A stretch of DNA of 64,000 nt from Pseudomonadota bacterium (lineage in GTDB: Bacteria > Pseudomonadota > Gammaproteobacteria > Burkholderiales > UBA11063), in assembly GCA_003962985.1 (NCBI GenBank), contig RXKA01000058.1:11051-75050 (forward strand). The letters run 5' to 3'. Below, piece after piece: positions 43,855 to 53,961 of the stretch. The notes beneath the pieces were generated by a model that saw nothing but the letters and a program-made list of their open reading frames with translations, was not told the origin of the DNA and searched no databases. Within the stretch, counting starts at the first letter, position 1. The number at the start of each line of letters is the position of its first letter. The position numbers and the translations under genes were made by a program.

Positions 43855-45939
43855 ATGAAAAAATTAGTCTATATATTATTGTGTCTGTCTCTAGCAAGCT
43901 GTGGTGGGGGTAGTAGTAATGAAGGTAGCGGTGGTGGTGGCGGTGGCGATAACCCTCCCAATCCGCCAGGTCCAAGTGATATAACACTTAATGGAAAATA
44001 TGTCTTGTCAGGAGATTTTGGAGCAATAACTAACTCGACAATCAGAACAAGTAAAAATAGTATTTTGGCACTAAATGCAGATAACTCATGGAAGCAAATG
44101 CCATTAGGATCACCGTCAGTATATAGTTATGTATTTGCTAAAGATCGGTTTGTTGCAATGGGTGATAAAGGACCAACAGGATTATTTGGTGAAAAGAAAC
44201 CATTATTCTCTGATGATGGTATTAATTGGTATCCTGCATCATCAACGAAGTCGAATTATACTTATATGAATTATACGGCAGATACTTTTTTTGATACTCA
44301 CGACAATATGTTCATTACAGGAAATGCAAAATCAACTGATGGTCTAACTTGGGAGTACTTTGATAATAATGCGAAGACACCCATAATATATGGTAATAAT
44401 CGTTATCTAACAATCATTAATTATAATGGGTATTACTCATTTAATGCACAAGAATGGTTACCAATGTCCACAAAGAATCTAGAAAATTACAAGAATCTAT
44501 TTTTTAATGGTCAATACTTCATAGCAGCAAATGCTGATTCTGTTTATTCTGACAACCCCCCAATGTATAATTATTCTAAAGATGGCAGCAATTGGTCACA
44601 AACAAACTACCCTATTATATACGATTCATACTACTATTACTATAGAACATCTTGCGATATCAAACAACTCAATGGTAGTTTCTTTTGCTACTTAAACATA
44701 AATGAATCATCACAAGTTGCAACCTCAACTGATGGTATCAATTGGAGTACTCCACAAGTACTAAACTTAAATGGTGAAAGCAAGTTTGCTTCAAATACGC
44801 CTATTTTTGTGAATAATAAATACTACGCATATTGTGGTAGTGGTGATAACACAAGTGGTTCATATCGTACATGTACTAGTAATGATGGCATCACATGGAA
44901 TTATTTTGGTGATCTACCTGCATTAATAACTTCTGGCAATAATATACAAAAAGATGGTTATACACAACAAAATGGTAAAGTCATAGGAGAAACTCTCACC
45001 TATCACTATGGTAAATATTTTTTATTCGGTCCTTATGGAAAAATCTGGTACTCTACTGACATGCAAACATGGACGCAAACAGTATCTGGGATAACCGTAT
45101 CAAACTACAACACATTCCATAATACTACTGGATTAGCATTTGTCTTAGGTTATACTCGCTTTGATTCTAACAAAACACAAGCTGCAATAGCCTACTCTAA
45201 CGACAACGCAGCATCTTTCAAAATGGCAAACTTACCAGAGATAGCAAAAACTCCGCGGGCAATAGCTAGCAGCGGTCACGATTATGTGGTAGTTGGTGAT
45301 GCGGGAACGGTATTACATTCTAGTGATGGCATTAATTGGTCGCAAGTAGATGTAAGCAATATCACAACGAGCGACTTAACCAATGTTGAATATCTCAATG
45401 GTAAATACTATGCTACTGGTGATTTAGGTTATGTACTTACTTCAAGTGATGGTATTAGCTGGACACATTCTCAAGCTGCTGGAAATCCTCGGTTAATGGA
45501 TATTATCTACAACAATGGTAAATACTTTATAGTCGGTTACGGCGGGTATATTGGTTATAGTCTAAATGGAACTAACTGGATAAAAGCAACTACACCAACC
45601 AGAGAACAGATCAATTCAGTAACATTCGGTAATAATGTTTACGTTGCAGTTGGTAACAATGGGACTTTAATTAGCTCAACCGATGGTGTAACTTGGACTC
45701 AGATACCAGCAAGTAATATTAACTATTCATCGTCGTCAGGTGATTATCCAATTCCAATTGGGAACATGGGTACTCTAAACTCAATTATCTATGACAGTGA
45801 AGATGGTTTTGTAGCTGTAGGTGATAATGGGTTAGTTATCAAATCCAGTGATGGTGTTAATTGGTTGAGGAACTATAACTATTCATCATCATATAATTCA
45901 TCATTATACAACTATACCAATATTACACCTCTTAACTAA
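43855..45939 (+). CDS. BNR/beta-propeller repeat lipoprotein with Gly/Pro linker
   Basis: Lipobox SLASC, GGGGGG-NPPNPP tether, many S.DG..W and YNNGKY..VG repeats. Confidence 0.85.
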   Translation: MKKLVYILLCLSLASCGGGSSNEGSGGGGGGDNPPNPPGPSDITLNGKYVLSGDFGAITNSTIRTSKNSILALNADNSWKQMPLGSPSVYSYVFAKDRFVAMGDKGPTGLFGEKKPLFSDDGINWYPASSTKSNYTYMNYTADTFFDTHDNMFITGNAKSTDGLTWEYFDNNAKTPIIYGNNRYLTIINYNGYYSFNAQEWLPMSTKNLENYKNLFFNGQYFIAANADSVYSDNPPMYNYSKDGSNWSQTNYPIIYDSYYYYYRTSCDIKQLNGSFFCYLNINESSQVATSTDGINWSTPQVLNLNGESKFASNTPIFVNNKYYAYCGSGDNTSGSYRTCTSNDGITWNYFGDLPALITSGNNIQKDGYTQQNGKVIGETLTYHYGKYFLFGPYGKIWYSTDMQTWTQTVSGITVSNYNTFHNTTGLAFVLGYTRFDSNKTQAAIAYSNDNAASFKMANLPEIAKTPRAIASSGHDYVVVGDAGTVLHSSDGINWSQVDVSNITTSDLTNVEYLNGKYYATGDLGYVLTSSDGISWTHSQAAGNPRLMDIIYNNGKYFIVGYGGYIGYSLNGTNWIKATTPTREQINSVTFGNNVYVAVGNNGTLISSTDGVTWTQIPASNINYSSSSGDYPIPIGNMGTLNSIIYDSEDGFVAVGDNGLVIKSSDGVNWLRNYNYSSSYNSSLYNYTNITPLN

Positions 45940-45950
45940 ATAATAACTTG

Positions 45951-45978
45951 GATGGTTATCTAACCATAGATAGCCATC
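45951..45978 (+). terminator. Intrinsic terminator
   Basis: gatggttatct-aaccat-agatagccatc followed by ttatttt. Confidence 0.75.
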
Positions 45979-46264
45979 TTATTTTGCCTGTTTAATCTAC
46001 ATGTGTTTCTAGTTCTAATGGTGATATTGGCAAAATAACTTATCAATAATAGCACGTAGGTAAATAGCACTGTATCAGTTTTATAGAAAAACATTTATTA
46101 TCAGTTGGTTAACCCAATCAAAATATCATCATGATAAACAATGATTGGATTTGTTTGTATTATAATAACGCAATAATTAAAAAAAGTGACATTAAAAATC
46201 ACATCTTCTAATTATTATAAATTTACTGATTTGATTAATTACAAATGATTTACTGGGATAAAAA

Positions 46265-47365
46265 ATGGATTTAAAAATGTTGTTACGCTATCAAATATCT
46301 GGTAGCGTGTTTATTGCTTGGTTTTTACTGTTTCATTATAGTGTGCACTCCGCTGATTTCGCAGATATGGCAACTAAAATAATGGATATTAGCAGTTTAG
46401 CAGCTCTCGTTATGGCAATTCCACTCGGTGCAATCATTCATCAATTTTCAGTTACGATAAAAAATCAAATCTTTGGGCTATGTGAAGAAAGCTATCTTAG
46501 TGATTCGCCGCTGAAAAAACCAACCAGTGCAATACTTAATTATTATGCAAATAATTTAATTGGAGATGACTCTAAAGAAATAAATCTTGAATACTTAAAA
46601 TACATTCAAGACAAAATAACTAATCTAAACTCATTTTACTATATGCGTTTTGATAATGGTTTTTTAGCACCATTGTTGGCAAGTGCTCTATTTTATTACA
46701 TTGATAGTGAGTCGCTTACGTTGTGGTGGGTTTTTTCCCTTGTTTCGTTATGTGCGATAATGTTATTATGTAATTGTACTAAAATATGTGGATGGATTAG
46801 AAAAAATAAACCATGTTATATAATAGTTGGTTTATTGTCGTTAGTAATAATTGCTTTTGGTTGTTTAGCGTATTACTCAGCTAGCCATGAAAATAAATCC
46901 AGTGTAGTACTAACTACATCGACGACACATACAGAATCCAATATTCACTATATAACGACACAAGACTATTCTTTTGAATCAGTTAGTGATACAAAGAAAG
47001 AGTCACGAATAATAGCTGATAACCTAGTAAACCCTTCCAATATTTCGGATATAAAAGATGATAACATACAAAAAGTTACCATTATTGAAAGTGAAGATAC
47101 CGCACTAAATAGCCAAACCTTTACCTGTACTACTAAATGTGCTAAATGTTCCCTTGAACTAACTTGTACAATTAGTAATGTTCGGCAACAGCAAGATAAA
47201 CTACCTCATATTGCTAAAGCTGAAATCACTAAAATTGATACAACATTATTAAACAAAATATTAATAGCTTGTTTAATTATATCAACTCTGTTATTGTCAT
47301 ATACTCCTAGGATAATTCAAGAAATAAAGGAGTACACTAAAATAATACAGCAGACTTCACCATAA
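46265..47365 (+). CDS. Hypothetical multi-pass membrane protein
   Basis: About six hydrophobic segments and one large polar loop containing CTTKCAKC; no family recognised. Confidence 0.6.
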   Translation: MDLKMLLRYQISGSVFIAWFLLFHYSVHSADFADMATKIMDISSLAALVMAIPLGAIIHQFSVTIKNQIFGLCEESYLSDSPLKKPTSAILNYYANNLIGDDSKEINLEYLKYIQDKITNLNSFYYMRFDNGFLAPLLASALFYYIDSESLTLWWVFSLVSLCAIMLLCNCTKICGWIRKNKPCYIIVGLLSLVIIAFGCLAYYSASHENKSSVVLTTSTTHTESNIHYITTQDYSFESVSDTKKESRIIADNLVNPSNISDIKDDNIQKVTIIESEDTALNSQTFTCTTKCAKCSLELTCTISNVRQQQDKLPHIAKAEITKIDTTLLNKILIACLIISTLLLSYTPRIIQEIKEYTKIIQQTSP

Positions 47366-47593
47366 AATTTGTTTTATTCGAATTTATATAGCTAACATTT
47401 AGGAGATTGAATAACTGAGCCAAAATCAACTATATTAATGTCAGTAAGTTATTTTAGTCAATAGCGCTCAATAGAATTTATGTTAACTATATTAGATACC
47501 ATAATTTGTATACTTCACGCTTGGACTTTAGTCTGTGAACATTATAAAATATAAATAAAATCGTCGTAAAATTAACCAATTGAAAGAGTAAAA

Positions 47594-48679
47594 ATGTATA
47601 TAGTAAAAAAAGCAATTAAATTTGATTTACCTATTGACGGGGTAAAAGTAAAAACAGTAGATGATTTAATGGAACATTTAACTGTAGAGTTAATAGAACA
47701 TATAAAATCAGGATTATTAGTAAAATGGTTGTTAGCGAGAGAGCCCGAACTAGCAGGAAAAATGCAAAAAATTGATATTATGGATAAGTCAGACCGTGAA
47801 ATATTAATTGCGGTTTTTGATGAGCTAGGATTCGAGACCGATGATCAAATAATTGATGCTATGTATCTAGCACATGAACAATCGCAAAATCATAGTAAAG
47901 CAGTGATCAGTCAAGAAATTTCACTTGCTAAATTAGAAAATGAACCAACTTTTGCACAGTCGCTAAATAATACTGAAGTTTTACCCGGCGATGATGTAAG
48001 TGGGCAAAATTTCTCTAACATGAATTTTTCAAATCAAAACCTTTCTGGAGTAAATTTCTCTAATTGTAATCTAAATGTATGTAATTTCGATAAAACAATC
48101 TTAAAAGGTGCTAATTTTTGTAATGCTAATATTAAAAACTCAACTTTTGAGGAAGCAGATTTACATAAAGTCCAAATGGATGCCGCAACAATAGAAAATT
48201 GTAATTTTACTAAAGTTGAATTATCAGAGGCTTCATTGTATGGCTGTATTATATCATCGTCAAACTTTCAATTAGGATGTATTCAGGGAGCTTCTCTATA
48301 TGGATCTCAAATTAGTAAATGTAATTTTAGTCAGTCTGATATGCACTCGGTCAATTTAACTGACACTGAGATTAGGCAATGTAACTTTACGTTATCTCAA
48401 TTATTATACGTTGAAATGACGCATCATGATTTTTTTTCGGGCTCACTAGAATGTGCCAAAATTTTAGTGTCAAATTTTACTGATGCGGTTATTAGCGGTA
48501 TGTTAGATTTTGGTGGTAATCATGATGATCAGGCTGAAATACTATTTGTGGCGTGTGATTTTACTAGAACAGAGATTAGCTTACGCTATACTCATTCTTG
48601 GAGCAGTCAATACTACGACGTTATTTCATCGTCGCAAATATTTGAAAAATGTGATACTCGCTCTACTATATTTTCATGA
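47594..48679 (+). CDS. Pentapeptide-repeat protein 1 with conserved N-terminal IKFxLxIDG domain
   Basis: Residues about 130-330 are (x)(N/D)(F/L)xx pentapeptides; N-terminus KKAIKFDLPIDGVKVKTVDDL..SGLLVKWL. Confidence 0.9.
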   Translation: MYIVKKAIKFDLPIDGVKVKTVDDLMEHLTVELIEHIKSGLLVKWLLAREPELAGKMQKIDIMDKSDREILIAVFDELGFETDDQIIDAMYLAHEQSQNHSKAVISQEISLAKLENEPTFAQSLNNTEVLPGDDVSGQNFSNMNFSNQNLSGVNFSNCNLNVCNFDKTILKGANFCNANIKNSTFEEADLHKVQMDAATIENCNFTKVELSEASLYGCIISSSNFQLGCIQGASLYGSQISKCNFSQSDMHSVNLTDTEIRQCNFTLSQLLYVEMTHHDFFSGSLECAKILVSNFTDAVISGMLDFGGNHDDQAEILFVACDFTRTEISLRYTHSWSSQYYDVISSSQIFEKCDTRSTIFS

Positions 48680-48835
48680 TTTTAAGAAAAATTCTGCAAT
48701 ATCTCATTTTATTATGATGGAAATAATAAAATTTAAGTTGTTGAATTTTTGTAGAAATATACAGATAAATTAAATACGATGGTAATTCATATATTATGAA
48801 TAGTGCAATTATATGAGGTCATGATAAGGAATAAA

Positions 48836-50155
48836 ATGAAAATACCTAAGAAATTAATAAAATTTAATCTTACAATAGATGGTAATATCATCAAAAATGT
48901 ACAAGATTTACAGCAACACGTATCAATTGAATTATTAGAACGTTTTAAGCAAGGCATTTTGACTAAATGGTTAAAATCTCAACCTAATACAGCGCAAATA
49001 ATCGATCAACTAGAGTGTATAAATCCAAATAATGACGAGTATGAAATTTTTATGGATGTACTACATGCGCTGAATATAAAGGGTATTGACACAAATAAAA
49101 TTCAGGGCTTATTTAACAACAAGCAATCAGATGATAAAACACAAAATGTATCACCTACAATAGCGCCAGTAACAAAACTTGGTAGCCAAAATATTGCTCC
49201 AGCAGATACTGTCAGTGGACAAAAATTTATAAATCTTGATTTTCAGAATAAAAACTTGGCAGCAGTTGATTTTTCGAATTGTATCTTTGAGAATATTGAT
49301 TTTCAAAAGGCAAACCTAACCGCCGCAAAGTTTACTAATAGCACTTTTAAACAAGTCAAGTTTAATGCTTCACAACTAACTGGAACAGATTTCACTGCTT
49401 GTAAAATTGAAGACTCGGAATTTTATAATATTAATGCAGAGAACACAAATTTCAGTAACGCTAGTATTAGCAATTCATTTTTTAATGAAGCTAAGATAAT
49501 ACAGGCTATTTTTACCAATTGCCATATTGAAGAAACATCTTTTCAACAAGCAAATATAGAGAAGAGTAATTTTACTAATAGCACTATTCAAAATGCTAAT
49601 TTCAGCCGAATTAACGCAAGAAGCACCGTATTTGAACAAAGTACAATTACACATTCTAATTTTGAGCACGCAATGCTGAATACAGCAGATTTCGCAGATG
49701 CTATTATTCAAAATTCTAATTTTTCATTAATTAGTGCAAACTATGGAATTTTCTATAATACACAAATCACTAATTCACAATTTGATACCTCCAAACTAAC
49801 AAAAGCAAACTTTGGGTCTTCAGTAATCACTAATAGTACATTCACGAATAGTGACTTAGAAAACTCAGACATGGAAAATGCTTGTTTAACCGCAGTAGAT
49901 TTTACCAAGTCCAAATTTATCGGTATAACATTAGGCTCACCAGTACAATTTGAATCAACTGGTTGTAATTATTCTGATGTAAGATTTACCACCATTGCAG
50001 AAATATTAGGACGCATCAATCGATTATACTTTGAACAAGAAATACAAAAACATCCGTTTGAGAGTATCTATAAAAAATTAAAACAAAACAATATATTTTC
50101 TGAGGATAACTTTTTTGAGCGCCCCAGAAAAAAATCACTAAAAATGGGCTGGTGA
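48836..50155 (+). CDS. Pentapeptide-repeat protein 2 with the same N-terminal domain (start ATG 48836 behind AAGGA; ORF track gives 48803)
   Basis: Long A(N/D)F pentapeptide tract; N-terminus KKLIKFNLTIDGNIIKNVQDL..QGILTKWL. Confidence 0.9.
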   Translation: MKIPKKLIKFNLTIDGNIIKNVQDLQQHVSIELLERFKQGILTKWLKSQPNTAQIIDQLECINPNNDEYEIFMDVLHALNIKGIDTNKIQGLFNNKQSDDKTQNVSPTIAPVTKLGSQNIAPADTVSGQKFINLDFQNKNLAAVDFSNCIFENIDFQKANLTAAKFTNSTFKQVKFNASQLTGTDFTACKIEDSEFYNINAENTNFSNASISNSFFNEAKIIQAIFTNCHIEETSFQQANIEKSNFTNSTIQNANFSRINARSTVFEQSTITHSNFEHAMLNTADFADAIIQNSNFSLISANYGIFYNTQITNSQFDTSKLTKANFGSSVITNSTFTNSDLENSDMENACLTAVDFTKSKFIGITLGSPVQFESTGCNYSDVRFTTIAEILGRINRLYFEQEIQKHPFESIYKKLKQNNIFSEDNFFERPRKKSLKMGW

Positions 50156-50198
50156 TAATAATTTAATCGCACAATATATTTAAGAGGTACAATTTAAC

Positions 50199-51689
50199 AT
50201 GAATACATTAGCACAAGAAATTCAAGCACATATAAATTCTCATTATCCAATTATCTATTTGATTACACAAGAAGAAGATCAAGCCAATTTATTAATTGAT
50301 CAAGTGTTAGCAGGTGATGAGCGCAAAAAAATAGAATGGAATCTAGGGTGTGGATTTGTGAATTACAAATCAGTTAATACTATTAATAGTTGGTGTAGTT
50401 TCACAGATGCCCTAGAAAATTTACTCTTACAAGATTTAGAACAACACGTAATCATTATACGAGATGCTCATGTGGCACTAACAGAACCATTAGCAGTCGC
50501 ACGCCTAAAAATGCTGGTGAATAAATTCTTTGCAAATGAGGATGCACATGTAACAATTATCATGATTGGTGCACAGGCATATATACCCCATGAACTAGAG
50601 AAATTGATTACCTTATTTGATTTACCCTTACCTAATCGAGACAAAATTAATGATATCCTGACTAAATTTGCTCATGTTTACGAAATAGAAATAGAGCAGG
50701 AAATTAAACAACGGTTAAATTATGCCCTACAAGGACTCAGTTATCAAGAAATTCTTCACCTACTAATGCAAAGTTATCAAAATGATGGCGCAATCGATGA
50801 AAATGATATCCCACTTATTCAACAACAAAAATCCCAAATTATTAAAAAAAGTGGAATCTTGGAAATGATTGAAGTACAGGATAAGTTTAGTGATATTGGA
50901 GGATTATATACATTAAAACCATGGCTAGAAAAGAAAGCCAAAATTATCAAAAACTTTACTAAAGCACAGCAATTTGGTGTTGAAGCCCCCAAAGGAGTAT
51001 TAATTGCTGGTATGCCTGGGTGTGGTAAGTCATTGACTGCCAAGGCAACGGCTGCATTATTTGAAATGCCATTATTAAAACTTGATATCGGTAGTATTAT
51101 GGGAAAATATGTTGGTGAAAGCGAAGCCAATATGCGTAAAGCGATCAAAGTTGCTGAAGCTGTTAGCCCTAGCGTGTTATGGGTCGATGAATTAGAAAAG
51201 GCATTTGTCGGAATAGGTCAAGGTAATGCAAGCTCTGAGGTAGCCACTCGTTTATTTGGTTTCTTTTTGACATGGATGCAAGAGAAAACCAGCCAAGTTT
51301 TTGTAATTGCTACTGCCAATGATATTTCTAATTTACCACCAGAATTGATGCGCAAAGGACGCTTTGATGAAGTATTTTATGTTGATTTTCCAGCACTACA
51401 AGAAAGACATGAGATATTTAAGGTTCACTTAAATAAACGCAATAAAATGAATCATAATATTTCAATTAATGAATTAGCTGAAGCAACAGAGAATTATTCA
51501 GGCGCTGATATTGAATCAATAATCAAAGAGGCAATTGAAGAATCATTCATTGATAACCAAGCGCCATTAGATACAAGGCGATTAAGGAAAGTCATCAAAG
51601 AGACCCACCCACTTGGTGAAATCATGAGCCATAAGGTTAAAGAATACAAAAAACGATTTGAAGATATGAAAATTAAATCAGCATCATAA
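50199..51689 (+). CDS. Ycf46-like AAA+ ATPase
   Basis: Degenerate N-terminal AAA ([15 protein letters not shown]) plus active AAA: Walker A GMPGCGKS, Walker B LWVDE, sensor 1 ATAN, Arg finger [15 protein letters not shown]. Confidence 0.92.
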   Translation: MNTLAQEIQAHINSHYPIIYLITQEEDQANLLIDQVLAGDERKKIEWNLGCGFVNYKSVNTINSWCSFTDALENLLLQDLEQHVIIIRDAHVALTEPLAVARLKMLVNKFFANEDAHVTIIMIGAQAYIPHELEKLITLFDLPLPNRDKINDILTKFAHVYEIEIEQEIKQRLNYALQGLSYQEILHLLMQSYQNDGAIDENDIPLIQQQKSQIIKKSGILEMIEVQDKFSDIGGLYTLKPWLEKKAKIIKNFTKAQQFGVEAPKGVLIAGMPGCGKSLTAKATAALFEMPLLKLDIGSIMGKYVGESEANMRKAIKVAEAVSPSVLWVDELEKAFVGIGQGNASSEVATRLFGFFLTWMQEKTSQVFVIATANDISNLPPELMRKGRFDEVFYVDFPALQERHEIFKVHLNKRNKMNHNISINELAEATENYSGADIESIIKEAIEESFIDNQAPLDTRRLRKVIKETHPLGEIMSHKVKEYKKRFEDMKIKSAS

Positions 51690-51711
51690 TTAGTAAAAAG
51701 AGGGTTTAAAA

Positions 51712-53316
51712 ATGAACGAACAAAAATCAGTAGAAGAAAAAAATCAGATTAATGAAATTGAAATTATTGACGTAGAAGTACTAACTAATGAAGAATATCA
51801 GGAACGTCAAGCTGATATGCTAATGCAGCAAACATTTGGCAATGAAGAAAATATGCGGAAGACTTCTTCAGTTATTGCCTCATTTGTTGATTCATATGAA
51901 AAACATAAGCGAGAGTTGCCATTACAAGAATGGTTAGTTCGTGAATTCAAGAAATACCCCGATATCTGGAAAGATGAACAGGATATTACCAATACCGCAA
52001 TCGAAATAATTACTACGGTTCAAGAAGCTAAAGAGAAAAAAGAATCTCTATATGCTCATATGGATAAAGGTAAATCCAAAGAAAGTTGGTTAGCCAATGA
52101 AATTGAGAAATCAGCAAAAATTGCAGGAGCTACAAACGTTGGCGCTTATGCCGCAGAAATTGATAACGCAATAAATCAATCCAATCAAGCAATGATTGAT
52201 ACGATTGTAAACAAAGATGGCATTAGTATCAATATGGGCAGAAATCTGGATGGATTTATCGCTGAACAACACCATGTAGATACTTTTAATCTAGAAGCTG
52301 CGGCACAAGGTAGTGGTGTCAGAGCCAAAGTACTAACTCCAGATGGTGCTTATGGCAAAAACTCAATGGATATAGGTATCTATGATGAAAATGGTAAACT
52401 TGTCAGAAGATATCAAGCAAAATATGGGCAAGATGCTGATGCAACAAAAGTACTTTTTGAAAAAGGCGATTATAAAGGTCAACGTAAATTAGTACCTAGT
52501 GAACAGGTTAATAATGTTGAAGGTAGCGTTGGAGAAATTGAGTACAATGGTATAAAATCTAAACCACTATCAAAAGCAGATGCTAAAGCATTACAAGAAA
52601 AAGCTCAAATAGAGTATGAGGCTAAAAAGTATGAATGGAATGATGTTAATAGAATTAACATCGCTAAAGAAATAGGAAAAGGTGCGTTACTCGCAGCTGG
52701 TGCGACTTGTGCATTTCAAGGTGCGAGAATACTTGGGCGTAGAGTATGGAATGCTTTAACTGGTAAAGAAAATCAATCTGCTAGTGAAGATTTAAAAGAA
52801 TTTTTTGAAAGTAGCATCAAAACAGGTGCCAATGTCGGTGCAACTACAGCAGTTGCTGGTGGCGTAGTTGTTGCGGCTCGCAATGGATGGCTTGGTACGA
52901 TAGCTAAAGGTATGAAAGCAAATGTAATTACTAATGCCGTTGTTGGCGGTATAGAAAACGCTAAGATATTGTATAAATTTGCCAAAGGTGAATTAACTGG
53001 GCTTGAAGCTGCTGATGCCATGGGAACAACTACTACTAGCTTAATTGGTGGTGTATATGGATTTGAGTCTGGAGTAGCTATTGGAGCGGCAATCTGCGCT
53101 ATTGGTGGTCCTATCGGTGCAGCAATAGGAAGTATCGCAGGTGGAATAGTTGGCGGTATAGCGGGGTCTAAAATTGGCGAAAAAGTTTATCAAGCTGGTA
53201 AAGAGAGTGTAAAAACTGGTGTTACGATAGTTAAAGCAGCGGTTAAAGCTGCTGTAGAGGTTGGTAAATCTGTTGTGAATGGCATAAAAAATGTTTTTAA
53301 ATCATTGTTTAGTTGA
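51712..53316 (+). CDS. Putative PD-(D/E)XK-fold effector with C-terminal glycine-zipper membrane helices
   Basis: GFIAEQHH...MDIGI...RYQAKY fits E-D-QxK; C-terminal GxxxGxxxG helices (GAAICAIGGPIGAAIGSIAGGIVGGIAG). Confidence 0.65.
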   Translation: MNEQKSVEEKNQINEIEIIDVEVLTNEEYQERQADMLMQQTFGNEENMRKTSSVIASFVDSYEKHKRELPLQEWLVREFKKYPDIWKDEQDITNTAIEIITTVQEAKEKKESLYAHMDKGKSKESWLANEIEKSAKIAGATNVGAYAAEIDNAINQSNQAMIDTIVNKDGISINMGRNLDGFIAEQHHVDTFNLEAAAQGSGVRAKVLTPDGAYGKNSMDIGIYDENGKLVRRYQAKYGQDADATKVLFEKGDYKGQRKLVPSEQVNNVEGSVGEIEYNGIKSKPLSKADAKALQEKAQIEYEAKKYEWNDVNRINIAKEIGKGALLAAGATCAFQGARILGRRVWNALTGKENQSASEDLKEFFESSIKTGANVGATTAVAGGVVVAARNGWLGTIAKGMKANVITNAVVGGIENAKILYKFAKGELTGLEAADAMGTTTTSLIGGVYGFESGVAIGAAICAIGGPIGAAIGSIAGGIVGGIAGSKIGEKVYQAGKESVKTGVTIVKAAVKAAVEVGKSVVNGIKNVFKSLFS

Positions 53317-53323
53317 TAGAGCT

Positions 53324-53761
53324 ATGAAACCAGAATACATTGGCGAGTATGGTGAAATTGCTGTTTATAAAGAATTACTTAAACAAAATTATGAAGTATA
53401 TCGTGCAGCTAGTAAAATTCAAGAAGGCTGGGATATTGTTGTTATTAATAATGACCAAGTTATTAGAATTCAAGTAAAGACAACTATATTAGAAAATAAA
53501 AGTACTAATAATTCATTTAAGATTCATGACAACTATAATATTCTAGTGTTAGTTGTTTTATCATTGCGCGACGAAGAGCTTTCTAAACAAGATAACTTCT
53601 ATATTATGACAAAAAATGAGGTTATGAAAATACAGGGTAATAATAAACTATTAAGCACAACTAGCAGTAAAGGCGGTAAGTGTACGGTTATAAAAGAGAT
53701 ATCAGAAAATGTTAATAAATGGAATAAAATAAAGGAATTTAAAAATGGCAAAAACAATTAA
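53324..53761 (+). CDS. Small PD-(D/E)XK nuclease (start probably ATG 53324; ORF track gives 53291)
   Basis: GEYGEIAV..L...Y.V...GWDIVV....IRIQVKT. Confidence 0.78.
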   Translation: MKPEYIGEYGEIAVYKELLKQNYEVYRAASKIQEGWDIVVINNDQVIRIQVKTTILENKSTNNSFKIHDNYNILVLVVLSLRDEELSKQDNFYIMTKNEVMKIQGNNKLLSTTSSKGGKCTVIKEISENVNKWNKIKEFKNGKNN

Positions 53762-53961
53762 ATCTAATCATTAATGGTACTACTGAATGGCTACAGAATA
53801 ACTTCTGCATTGATGATGCATTAAAATTGTATGAAAATGAAATCTTATATAGATGGTTAAAGTCACGTGGATTCAATGGTTGCTTAGATAAAATCATTGA
53901 TATCAAATAACATGAAAATGGCATTAAAAATTTAATAGAGGTATTTAATGGCAATTATTAA
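53745..53961 (+). pseudogene. Frameshifted and nonsense-disrupted copy of the IKFxLxIDG domain
   Basis: ATG 53745 reads MAKTIK; another frame continues LIING..LQNNFCIDDALKLYENEILYRWLKSRGF..DKIIDIK, stop 53908-53910, then HENGIKNLIEVFN. Confidence 0.7.
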
